From assembly GCA_050250935.1 (NCBI GenBank), contig JBFWNS010000003.1:96001-160000 (forward strand): DNA of 64,000 bases, in the 5' to 3' direction. The stretch comes from Candidatus Margulisiibacteriota bacterium (GTDB lineage: Bacteria > Margulisbacteria > Marinamargulisbacteria > JBFWNS01). Positions 1 to 9,171 of this stretch are shown piece after piece. Made by a program: the position numbers and the translations under genes. The first letter of the stretch is position 1; each line of letters opens with the position of its first letter. The notes under the pieces are model-generated. The model did no database searches and had not been told where the DNA came from. It saw only the letters and a program-made list of their open reading frames with translations.

Positions 1-408
1 GATCGCGCGTTGTTTAAAGCCGATGCTGTCGTCAAAGTTGGCGGGCTGGCCTATCCATCGCGGGTAGAAGGCGAAATGGCTGTGGCCTATTTGGAAGAGA
101 CGAATCGCATTACGGTCAAACTCAGCAAAGCCATTGTTGGGGTTTATACCGAGTTGTTTGGCAACAAGGTTCACATCGCCGATGTGGATATTGCCCGGTT
201 CTACCGACCCGAATTCGAATTTCCTGGCCCCCAAACCCTTCAAACCACCATCAAACTGTCTGTTCCTGGGAATGCCTCCAAATTGATTGCGGTGAAATCC
301 CTGAACAAATCCCTTAAAATTGAACCTAAAAAAATCTCTGTGTTAACCCATTTCGAATTTTCAGAAAAACTGCCCGAAAAACCAAGCCCGAACGAAGCTT
401 TAAAATAA
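1..408 (+). CDS. Hypothetical protein, C-terminal part (5' truncated by window edge)
   Basis: Frame is open from base 1 to TAA at 406-408. Housekeeping-like codon style; no motif recognised. Confidence 0.6.
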   Translation, partial: DRALFKADAVVKVGGLAYPSRVEGEMAVAYLEETNRITVKLSKAIVGVYTELFGNKVHIADVDIARFYRPEFEFPGPQTLQTTIKLSVPGNASKLIAVKSLNKSLKIEPKKISVLTHFEFSEKLPEKPSPNEALK

Positions 409-426
409 AAAGGAGCCAACGTTAAA

Positions 427-3036
427 ATGTCGATAGCTTTTAAATTGATTGCGGGTGTTCGGGTTGGGGTATTACCCATGGGTTGGGATGATGCTTCGGT
501 GATTAGTCTTTCAGATTCGTTGAGAAGCCACGGCCCGTATTCTGGTTTTACAACTAGGGTTTTTGCTGAAGACTCTTTGCTTAGGCGTGAGTACCTCGGT
601 CTGGTTGCTGAAAAATATCCAGCTGAACTTTTTGATCGTCGAGAAACCAAGGGCGCAGAAAAATGGGATTTGAAGCAGTTTTTAGCAACTGTTGAAAAAG
701 ATCCTTATCAAGCCTTGACTCGGCTCATTCACCATATGGTTAATTCAATTTTGAAGCGGGACGAGTATTCGAAGTTGTTGGTAGAGTTGGGTACGAGGGA
801 TTCTATAAATGTCAAAAAATTTGTTAAAGATTTTGCAGAGGCTTGCCCCTTATTTCCGAAGTCGGTTTTCAGCGAATACAACCTAGGGCCTTCTTTGCAT
901 CAAGTTTGGCATCATGTTTCAGATTCTAATTCTAATCACTTTGTTTTATTGTTTTGTAATCCCCCAGTCTTCGATGCAAATACGGCATTCTTGATGGTGC
1001 AGAGGTTGCTTGAAAATCCTCTTGTTCCCTTTGCGACGGATGCTGAATTTTATGTTGCCCTGTTGCAGGTGTGTACCCAAGGTTCAGCAGATCAACTTGC
1101 TAGCTTTTTAGAAAAAACAAAAGATATTGTGGTTTCTCAATCTGGGGCTTCTGCTGGGACTGAAGTTGTGGTTTCCCCAGGTGCTGACTCGGATTCTCGG
1201 GATTTAAGTTCGACTATAGAGTCGTCTTCTGCCCCTCCTGCTGGTTCTTTAAATAGGCTTCAGAAGAATGGTAAGACCTTGTCGGTTTTAACTGTTTTAT
1301 GTGACTTGATTAAAACGAATCAAATGACTGATCAGGATAAAATTGGAGCTGTCCTGATGTTTCTTTTGAAGGAGTGTACAGTAAGTCCTCTTGCTAAACC
1401 ATTTTTCGCTCGAACTGGGCCTCTGTTTAATCGAATTCCCTTAGATCAATTTGTGAGCGTTTTTCTAGAGAGTGGGCATTCTGCGAGACAACCTGAACTC
1501 GCTTTGTTTGCACAATTGCCGGACCGAAACTTTTCAACAATTTTTACAAGGGATGCTGTTCAAGCGTTTAAAGTAAGGCACCCTGAGATTTTTAATGCAC
1601 TTGTTCAGCGCCAAATTGATGCTGAACGTAGGCTGATTTTGGCTTCTGAATTCCCTAATCACTGCGATTTTGAACTTCAATTCCCCAATGGCACTGCACG
1701 CCTTGACAGGACAATCTTATTCGGTCAACGTCTTTTGGAATTTCAAGAGAGGCACGAAAAACTGCAAGCGGAGGCTCAGAAACTAAATGGGGGTCTTTTA
1801 CATTTGAGTATTTTAATGAGTCAAGCTGCCCGTAAAGTTTTTGATGTTCGTAGAGAGTTGCTTCATGTTGATGTTACCGAACAAGATACGACTCGCCTAC
1901 AATCTGTGCTGACAGCCTTTGAAGCAGCGAAATTTGCTTATGAATCAAGTGCGAAGGATATTAGAGATGCTAAGTCTGAATTGTTGCGTTTGGAACGGGC
2001 CATTGAGCTTATTTGTACTAAAATGGATTCAGATGCCTTCCTAGCCAACCCCTTGTTCCAAGCGTTGGTGAGGCTGGATGAAAACCTTCAGCCAATTTTT
2101 GGTATTCCAGAAGCGGAAGCTCTCGTATCCGTTGCTAGTGAACAAGCGGCTGGGGCTTTACACCGTGATGCACCACCCAGCCCGCCAGCTGTAGCCGCTA
2201 CAGTTGCCGCTGCTGCGCCTGCTGATGGGGATGCTACTTCGCAAACATCATCTGAACCATCGTTACAGTCCGATTCTGCACATGGACAGGTTGTGTCAGA
2301 ACGATTTAGAAATCTCCAACTCCTTTTGAGAAATATTTGTTTTGAAACGAGCACTGATTTTTTGATGAGGCTAGCCCGAGTTTTGGTCGATGCGGGGTAC
2401 TCTGTGAATGATCTTACCGATTATGCCGGGGTTTTGTCGGGGGATAAAATCTGTGTGTGCATGGGACTACTGGAAAGAAATCGTAAGTTAAAAGGTGACA
2501 TTGATTCGCTCATCAACCAAATACAGCGTTTGGAGAAAGAGATAGCTCAGTATGATTTGGAGACTTCGCTTTTAGCTCAGCTTTTGCCCCTTCGAGAACA
2601 TGTCGGCAAGTTGAGTGATTCAGAAGGTTATATGACTAGGGATAATGTTGATGGGTTAAATCGTCAATTTTCTGAGTTGAAAGTACCCGATAAATACATT
2701 GCTTCTTCTACAACAAAAAATATCGATTTAAGCAATAAGTCTGAGTCTGAATTGATTGAGTTACTAGGACAATTAGTAGTCCAAAAGGAGGCGTTAGATA
2801 AACTAAAATTAGCGCAGTCACCGCGTGATGCAAGTTATAGTGATATTTGGCAAGTGACACAGGGACTAATTTTGGGATTGTGGATGCGTATTCCGCAGTC
2901 GCAGGTTCAGGCTGCCGCGGCGACTTTGCCAGCAATGGGTGTACATCCTCCTTTGAATCAGTTACCAAAATCTGCTGCTGTTGCTCGGGCCGCTGTCGCC
3001 GCTGCCACCGCCGCCGCCGCCGCCGCCCGGCGTTAA
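427..3036 (+). CDS. Large orphan protein (869 aa): helical/coiled-coil with Ser/Ala/Pro-rich linkers and poly-Ala-RR C-terminus; candidate secreted effector
   Basis: Long ORF with AAGGAG upstream. Heptad-like segments (LQAEAQKL..., IDSLINQIQRLEKEIAQYDLE). Ends KSAAVARAAVAAATAAAAAARR. No family recognised. Confidence 0.8.
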   Translation: MSIAFKLIAGVRVGVLPMGWDDASVISLSDSLRSHGPYSGFTTRVFAEDSLLRREYLGLVAEKYPAELFDRRETKGAEKWDLKQFLATVEKDPYQALTRLIHHMVNSILKRDEYSKLLVELGTRDSINVKKFVKDFAEACPLFPKSVFSEYNLGPSLHQVWHHVSDSNSNHFVLLFCNPPVFDANTAFLMVQRLLENPLVPFATDAEFYVALLQVCTQGSADQLASFLEKTKDIVVSQSGASAGTEVVVSPGADSDSRDLSSTIESSSAPPAGSLNRLQKNGKTLSVLTVLCDLIKTNQMTDQDKIGAVLMFLLKECTVSPLAKPFFARTGPLFNRIPLDQFVSVFLESGHSARQPELALFAQLPDRNFSTIFTRDAVQAFKVRHPEIFNALVQRQIDAERRLILASEFPNHCDFELQFPNGTARLDRTILFGQRLLEFQERHEKLQAEAQKLNGGLLHLSILMSQAARKVFDVRRELLHVDVTEQDTTRLQSVLTAFEAAKFAYESSAKDIRDAKSELLRLERAIELICTKMDSDAFLANPLFQALVRLDENLQPIFGIPEAEALVSVASEQAAGALHRDAPPSPPAVAATVAAAAPADGDATSQTSSEPSLQSDSAHGQVVSERFRNLQLLLRNICFETSTDFLMRLARVLVDAGYSVNDLTDYAGVLSGDKICVCMGLLERNRKLKGDIDSLINQIQRLEKEIAQYDLETSLLAQLLPLREHVGKLSDSEGYMTRDNVDGLNRQFSELKVPDKYIASSTTKNIDLSNKSESELIELLGQLVVQKEALDKLKLAQSPRDASYSDIWQVTQGLILGLWMRIPQSQVQAAAATLPAMGVHPPLNQLPKSAAVARAAVAAATAAAAAARR

Positions 3037-3114
3037 AGGAAGTATAGTGTTAAGTACGTGTTGGTAAGGTCTGTTTTAGAGTAAAAAATTTTGTTTTAGA
3101 GGAGTACATACATA

Positions 3115-5427
3115 ATGTTCATTCGAAAATTAATTGCGAGTCCGACGGTCCAGACGGTTCTTGAATTCAGAGACGATTTGGAGAGCGACTATGAACTTGC
3201 AATTGCTCAGTCTCGAACGGTCTTGGAGTTATTTAATGGTGCTTACGCTAGCCTTATTGCGGTTGGGAGCTTGGTTCAATCTAAAGTCGAATTTGTAGAT
3301 GTTGATCTTAATGAACACGCGCAGGGGCTTTTACAACCTAAATATGATGAGTTGTTAGTCTTTGTAGTTTCCCTTATGCAAAGTTTAGAAGCGATGCAAG
3401 AGGTCTTTGGAACAACAGATGCTGCTGAAGTCGCTACAAACGTTGCAAAAATCACAACTGCTTTGAGCGATATGGATCGGGTGTTAGGTCGCTTGACTAC
3501 TCCTCGAATAACGACTCGCGATGATTCTGCTGCGGGTTCAGCAGACGCTGAGTCTGTTGACGACGATTCTGATGCGGGTTCAGCAGAGCGTGTTGATGGC
3601 GATGATGATGTTTCTAGATCTTCTGGTGATGCTGGCACATCGCCCGATTTTCAGGATATTGCTAAAAGAGCGCAGCAATTTCTCCAGACGGTGGTTGATA
3701 ATATAGCTGGTTTGGTAAATAAACTGCTGCCCCCTGGAGCTGAACGAGCTGAACTTCTTGAACGCCTTCAAACCATTTTGACTTCTTTGAGTAAATGGAG
3801 CGGTGGTTTGGAAACAGTCTTGGGAAGAAATGACTTTTTTACAAACCCTGATGCGGTTGCTTCGGATTTAACCGCGTTGGATGCTGCACTTACACGCACA
3901 TCTAAAATCGCTGCAGTCCTTGGTGTTAAGCAACCAGATAGAGTTTTCACACGTGCAGAACAGGTGAGGGCCGATGCTGAAGGTGTTGAGAGTGAGGTAA
4001 CCGTCTTATTAGGTGGTCTTGAAACAATCAAAAAAATCGCTGCTGGTTTGGGCTTAGAAACTTCTGGTGAGACTCCCGCTGCCCAAGTGGCGAATCTTGC
4101 CACCCAAATTGATGGCCAGGTGACAGGGGTTAATAAAGACTTTGCCGACCTTTATGCGGTTACCGCAGAAAAAGCAGCCGTTGCTCTGAGGGCCGTGCTT
4201 GAAGAAGTAGTGGGTTCTACTGAGCTGTCTGGAAAAATCGATCAAGCTGTGGCGGCCGGTGTTCGTGCTCAAAATGCTCGATTGGAAATGATATCTGCAG
4301 AAAGAGAGATTGAGCAATTGCAAGCCCAATTAAGGGGTCTTCATGCTGATGAATCAAGTGCCGCTATTAGCGCTAATTTAGAGGCTGCCCAGACGAGGCT
4401 TTCTGATGCTGGAATAGTGGAACGTAGTGCTGTTCAAGCGAGTTTGGATGCAGGTGTTCAAACCGCTGCTGGGGTAACACATGCTGCTGCCGCCAAAAAA
4501 ATTGTTGATGCGTTGGTGCACGCCCAAGTCGCGAAAGAACGTGCTAATAGTGAGCCTACTATAGCGCGTCAGGCTGCAGAGGTTTCTGCAGAAGCGTCTC
4601 AAGCGGCATTGGAGGCTGTAAGGGGTCATTTGTCTAAAGACACGTTTGAGCAAAGGGATTCTATCAGAGGGCTTAAAGATTTGGTTAGGTATGCAATCAT
4701 TCTTACCAGAGGAGGTGATGCAAAAGGTCTGACCCCACTTCTTAGGGAAGTCGTTACTTTGTTGAACCAGAAAGATGTTGATTTGCAAGTTCTTCAAGGA
4801 GAGCTGGTTCGAGCCGAAACTGCCTTGGAAAGCGTTGAAACTGAATTAAGATCCGCATTACATAAAGATGAAACTGATAATACAGATGCACCTGCTCTTG
4901 CTACACAAGTCAATGCTAAGCTAAAAGAACTAGAAGACCGTTTAACAGACATCACGATTAAGCTGAAAGTACTTGCAGATAAAACACAAGGCGAGATAGA
5001 TCCACTTCTTGAAGAATTGGGTGTTCAAAAAGCCGCTGTAATAAGCTTGTTTGGGGTAACCCCAGCACAATTGGTAGAAGGACAATCAAATTATGAAGCT
5101 ATCCTTGCTAATCTGCAAACGCTGTATAGATCCACTTTTGGATCGGTAGCAGAAGTTCCAAAAACCAGAATAGCAATTTTGATGGCGTTGTTAACGGAGC
5201 TTAACCATCACGTGAAAGAGGTAAGAGAGTTTTTTGAAATCCCCGACTCTGATTCACTTTGTGGCGGTTTTTCTCGAGAGGTAGCTAAACTGACTCAGCA
5301 TAGTCAGCGCGTTCAGCGGGTAATGCTAAGGACTTCCGCGGTAGTGGGCGCATCAGCTGCTGTTTCAGCAGCTGTTGCTAAAGCTCGTAGTGCTGCGGCT
5401 TCCCCCGCTCGACCAAGTTTGTCTTGA
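3115..5427 (+). CDS. Large orphan Ala/Glu/Leu-rich coiled-coil protein (770 aa); candidate secreted effector
   Basis: GAGGAG upstream of ATG. Almost entirely helical composition, an acidic Asp/Ser linker, and an Ala-rich C-terminus. Confidence 0.8.
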   Translation: MFIRKLIASPTVQTVLEFRDDLESDYELAIAQSRTVLELFNGAYASLIAVGSLVQSKVEFVDVDLNEHAQGLLQPKYDELLVFVVSLMQSLEAMQEVFGTTDAAEVATNVAKITTALSDMDRVLGRLTTPRITTRDDSAAGSADAESVDDDSDAGSAERVDGDDDVSRSSGDAGTSPDFQDIAKRAQQFLQTVVDNIAGLVNKLLPPGAERAELLERLQTILTSLSKWSGGLETVLGRNDFFTNPDAVASDLTALDAALTRTSKIAAVLGVKQPDRVFTRAEQVRADAEGVESEVTVLLGGLETIKKIAAGLGLETSGETPAAQVANLATQIDGQVTGVNKDFADLYAVTAEKAAVALRAVLEEVVGSTELSGKIDQAVAAGVRAQNARLEMISAEREIEQLQAQLRGLHADESSAAISANLEAAQTRLSDAGIVERSAVQASLDAGVQTAAGVTHAAAAKKIVDALVHAQVAKERANSEPTIARQAAEVSAEASQAALEAVRGHLSKDTFEQRDSIRGLKDLVRYAIILTRGGDAKGLTPLLREVVTLLNQKDVDLQVLQGELVRAETALESVETELRSALHKDETDNTDAPALATQVNAKLKELEDRLTDITIKLKVLADKTQGEIDPLLEELGVQKAAVISLFGVTPAQLVEGQSNYEAILANLQTLYRSTFGSVAEVPKTRIAILMALLTELNHHVKEVREFFEIPDSDSLCGGFSREVAKLTQHSQRVQRVMLRTSAVVGASAAVSAAVAKARSAAASPARPSLS
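3523..3587 (+). repeat. Imperfect 23-nt direct repeat, 42-nt period, in frame
   Basis: gattctgctgcgggttcagcaga (3523-3545) and gattctgatgcgggttcagcaga (3565-3587), one mismatch. Encodes DSAAGSA/DSDAGSA. Confidence 0.85.
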
Positions 5428-5439
5428 TAAGCAAAGACA

Positions 5440-8400
5440 ATGCTTTGGTTTAAGCAGCTGGCTTTATCTTCTTTCGGTCTGCTTCCTGTTCGAAGGGAAG
5501 CAGGCCAGCTTGCTGCAATTTTGAAAGCTCATGGGCGTTTAGATCTTTTTCAAGCAGTCTTAGACAAGCGAACCTTTCACGATCTTCATGCATTTCTTTT
5601 AGACCAATTAACCCAGATTCCAAAACCCGAGACTCCTTCCAGTTTTTGGGCTGGGATAGAGGCTGATGATGAACCTAAAAGTATTGAGTATTTAGGACAG
5701 GTTGATGTTCATATGATGCTCGCCATCGACGTCCTAACCTGGTTTCTTAACAAAACCCTAAAACCTGACAGCCTGCAAAGCGTGTTGTCGTTGACCCTTC
5801 CAGATGCTGTCGAGGAAGGTGCTGCGGCCGTGGCTGGGGTTGCCCGTGCCGAAAGAACGCCTCGGATGCCGAGGAACTTGGATGCGATTCAATTTACGTT
5901 GGCCACTCGAGGGGTGTCTGGGGATGTTTATGCAACTTGTTTTCGCGCTAATCAGCAAGCTGTGGCGCGCTATGTAGAATATGGTCTTGGGCGTGATTTT
6001 TCTGCGGAATCGGCTCATTTTGAGGCTGAAATACACAGGCTTTGGGAAGGTCTTTTGAGCCACATGGACAACTATGCGGAAAACAGGTTGTCTGGACTTA
6101 AATTTTGTGTTGGCGACAATCCGATTCTGTTTGTCGATTTTTTGCTTACCTTTATTCAAGTGTGTCGAAAAGCATCTGGAACCAACAGGCGTAGTATCGT
6201 TGGAATTTCACCTGATGATATCTGGCATCAGGTTTTGATTGGTCATCGAAGTGAGCAGGCTATTCTTCGGCATCTTGCGGTTTTTTTAATCCATGAACCT
6301 TCTAGAAGCGTCCAAGATAGTGGCCACTTTTTAAAACGGCTTGTGGATCATGCGCTTAATGCCTTTGAAGGCTTATCTTCCGAAATGTGTGCGTGTTCGG
6401 TGGCACAATTGTCCAGCCACGAAAGACAGGCGACGCTTACATTTGGTCGTTTTTCTTCGCCTAAAAATAGACTTCAAGTTGGTCAATTTTTTGAGGGTTT
6501 TGAAAGAGATTGTCCTGTTTTGTTTAGACAACGCGTTGCTGAATTGGAAAGAACACTACAGAATATGCAAGCGCGGGTTATGGCACGCTATGAGGACTTG
6601 TGTCGTAAACTTAGTAAGGATGAAACAGACACTCATTTGCCTGGATCTCATTACTCGGCTTTGTTTGAGAAGTTGCAACAATTTGAAGGTGAATTTTTGA
6701 CGTTTCGCCAGGGTCTTATACCAGATGGTTTGAATAGCCTAGAAGCGTTTGAGGCTTTGTTCGAAGACCTTAACAGTCGTTTTGATTTGTTGTCGGGATT
6801 GGGAAATAAACTAGCGTCGACCGCTCCAATGAAAGACCTTGGTTCCCCAGTAGAACAGGATCGCTATTTTGAAGATTTGAGTAACCAATTGGCCACTTTT
6901 GACAAGAACCTTATTTCGGTTAGTTATCAAGCGTTTTTGAGACAGTTAAAGGCTCTAATGAAGTCTGTAGGAATTCCAGAACATCGTACTATCAAGATTG
7001 ACTGCTTGATATCTTCTACTAAGATGTCCCATGAAACTGATCGTCTTAGGTTGGGATACGTGTGTTATGTGGCAGAGGGGTTACGTTGTTGTTTAGCGGG
7101 GCAGGAGAACCTTAGGACCTTTTTGAGTTCTTTGGTTGAAGATAATCCTAGTGTTCAGCCTAAGGATTTTTCCCAGCCTACGGATTTATACAGCGTTGCT
7201 CAAGTGGCGCATTTGGTTGGAAAGGCTGATGGTTGTATACGCCAGTTGTTTGAAGATGTACGCGATAGGATAGATTCTTGTAAGCGTCATAATCAACGGT
7301 TGTCAATGCCCAGGTCCGCTGCTGCTGCTGCTGCTGCTACTTCTGCTGCAAGTAGAGTTGCCCATGCAACCGATCTTTATTTCGAGCTTAAGGCTCTTGA
7401 CCGGTTGGAGAGGGCTTTGGACAAACCGCTTTTGGAGATTTTACAGGAGTCCATGCCAGAGGTGGTGCTTGCGGCTTCTTCTGGGACTTCTCCCAGAGCT
7501 TCAGCTCGAGTGGCTGAAGCTGCGGCAAATGCTCAAGCCTTGTTGTCCCCTCGAGATGGGCTGCGTGTTGGCCTTTCTCCCCAAAGGGTTAGTCGTGAAG
7601 AGGTGTGCCGTGTTGCAACTTCGAAAAGGGCTGAACAGTATATTTTTTGTGCTTTTGTTTGCTTTTTGGGGGTAAAAGAACAGGTTGGTTTTAGTCATGT
7701 TCAGTTGCGCGACAAACGGTTAACCGATGGTGTCTTTAATTTGATGGCCAATGGCTTGGATGCTTTTTTAGGATGGGCTGAATCTTATGAGAGTGGAGCC
7801 TCATCCAGTTCGACGACTCCAAGAGAGTTGACGCCTTTTGCGTTAGGTCCCCGAGCAACGGCTGCTATAGAGGCTGCTCAGAAACGTGCCCTCCAGCCTT
7901 CGCCTCTTGCTGCTGCAACAGGCACGGTATCTGTTGACGGAGATGCAACAACCCCACCTTCTTCCCCTGTTTTAGGCGATTGGCGTGTAGCCCGTACAGC
8001 CGAGGATTCTGCTGCTGCCGAAAAGCGTCAGCTTCGAGAACAGCTCGAAGCGCTTCGTGAAAGTGCTAGATTTGTTGCTGGCCCTTCTTCGCCCTATGCA
8101 TCTCGTAGACTATCCTCTGGTTTCGCTTCTCCGTCCGATGGGACTCCAGATCGTGGAACGCCACGGTCTTTGGGGTCTGTTTTTGAAAGTCCGGCTTCTG
8201 CCGCGTCTGAAGATGGATGTAAAAGCTCTGGTTTGGTTCGTCGGCCTTCTTTGGTTTATCAGTCTTTTCACGCACTCCAATTGCGTAGAGCAGAAGCGCA
8301 AGCTACTCGGGGTTCTAAAGAAGTTTCAGCCGCAAGGGATAGAAGGGCTGCTGATGGCACTCAGGACCCAACTAGATATTCCCTGGAACCGCTGGATGGC

Positions 8401-9156
8401 TCTTCGGACGAGCGTATTAAAAGCCTCCAGGCCGCTGCAGAGGCGAGGCGCTTGACCGATGAGTCTCGTCTTTCGATTGACAGCGACGAGGGCGAGTGGA
8501 CTGCTCCAGCCAGCCCAGGTATTACATTTCGGAGACGAAGTGTATCGGATGGCGATCCCCGACGATCCGCAGGGACATCTCCCAGAGGTTCTGAGAGCTC
8601 TGCTCGAGTACGCAGTCTTTCTCGGGAAGAGATGATTCGAATTGTCAGAGACTCTGTGGCCCGTCATAGGCAAGAACAACCCGCTGATTCTGCACGAAGT
8701 GCAGTGGATAGCCTTCGTGGAGAACCACGGGAAGCGGTTGTTATGGAGATGGCAGAACGATATTTGTCGGCGTCTCTTGCGGGTCGAGAGCTTCCCCAGA
8801 CCTACGAGAATCTTTATTATACTCATGCTGCTGCTCGGGTTCTTACAGAGGATCGTAGACGAATACGATCCAGCGACCCTGAACAAACCCGGTCTAGCGG
8901 TGCCTCTTCTGCTCGCCCAAGCTCGAGTCAAAGTGCAGCGGCTGCAACCCGAGGTGTTGCGATGGCTGCGGCGGCACGCCATCATATTGGCCATCGTCTT
9001 GCGCCACCGCCTGCTGTTCGAGAACGAGATGGTTGGAATTCTTCGACCCGGTTAGGAAGTCAAATGGCTCAAAAATTGGACCGGCTTCATGTCAGGAGGA
9101 ATGGTGTTGATTCACCCCCTTCTGATTCTAGACCTGGAGGTAGATCTAAACGGTAA
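5440..9156 (+). CDS. Large orphan protein (1238 aa): helical N-terminal half, long Ser/Arg/Pro/Ala-rich disordered C-terminal half; candidate effector
   Basis: ORF starts 12 nt after the previous stop. C-terminal ~450 aa are low complexity with many [ST]P and RRxS motifs. Confidence 0.8.
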   Translation: MLWFKQLALSSFGLLPVRREAGQLAAILKAHGRLDLFQAVLDKRTFHDLHAFLLDQLTQIPKPETPSSFWAGIEADDEPKSIEYLGQVDVHMMLAIDVLTWFLNKTLKPDSLQSVLSLTLPDAVEEGAAAVAGVARAERTPRMPRNLDAIQFTLATRGVSGDVYATCFRANQQAVARYVEYGLGRDFSAESAHFEAEIHRLWEGLLSHMDNYAENRLSGLKFCVGDNPILFVDFLLTFIQVCRKASGTNRRSIVGISPDDIWHQVLIGHRSEQAILRHLAVFLIHEPSRSVQDSGHFLKRLVDHALNAFEGLSSEMCACSVAQLSSHERQATLTFGRFSSPKNRLQVGQFFEGFERDCPVLFRQRVAELERTLQNMQARVMARYEDLCRKLSKDETDTHLPGSHYSALFEKLQQFEGEFLTFRQGLIPDGLNSLEAFEALFEDLNSRFDLLSGLGNKLASTAPMKDLGSPVEQDRYFEDLSNQLATFDKNLISVSYQAFLRQLKALMKSVGIPEHRTIKIDCLISSTKMSHETDRLRLGYVCYVAEGLRCCLAGQENLRTFLSSLVEDNPSVQPKDFSQPTDLYSVAQVAHLVGKADGCIRQLFEDVRDRIDSCKRHNQRLSMPRSAAAAAAATSAASRVAHATDLYFELKALDRLERALDKPLLEILQESMPEVVLAASSGTSPRASARVAEAAANAQALLSPRDGLRVGLSPQRVSREEVCRVATSKRAEQYIFCAFVCFLGVKEQVGFSHVQLRDKRLTDGVFNLMANGLDAFLGWAESYESGASSSSTTPRELTPFALGPRATAAIEAAQKRALQPSPLAAATGTVSVDGDATTPPSSPVLGDWRVARTAEDSAAAEKRQLREQLEALRESARFVAGPSSPYASRRLSSGFASPSDGTPDRGTPRSLGSVFESPASAASEDGCKSSGLVRRPSLVYQSFHALQLRRAEAQATRGSKEVSAARDRRAADGTQDPTRYSLEPLDGSSDERIKSLQAAAEARRLTDESRLSIDSDEGEWTAPASPGITFRRRSVSDGDPRRSAGTSPRGSESSARVRSLSREEMIRIVRDSVARHRQEQPADSARSAVDSLRGEPREAVVMEMAERYLSASLAGRELPQTYENLYYTHAAARVLTEDRRRIRSSDPEQTRSSGASSARPSSSQSAAAATRGVAMAAAARHHIGHRLAPPPAVRERDGWNSSTRLGSQMAQKLDRLHVRRNGVDSPPSDSRPGGRSKR
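7318..7338 (+). repeat. (GCT)7 trinucleotide run encoding poly-Ala
   Basis: Seen directly. A (GCC)6 poly-Ala run also lies at 3010-3027. Confidence 0.9.
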
Positions 9157-9171
9157 GGACCCAGAACTCTA

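Noticed and set aside
7318..7338. Phase variation via the (GCT)7 or (GCC)6 runs
   Set aside because: Triplet slippage preserves the frame and would only change poly-Ala length.
8326..8994. 222-aa antisense ORF inside the 1238-aa orphan, and the many other shadow ORFs in the track
   Set aside because: They lie fully inside longer, better-supported genes and have no RBS or motif; expected by chance.
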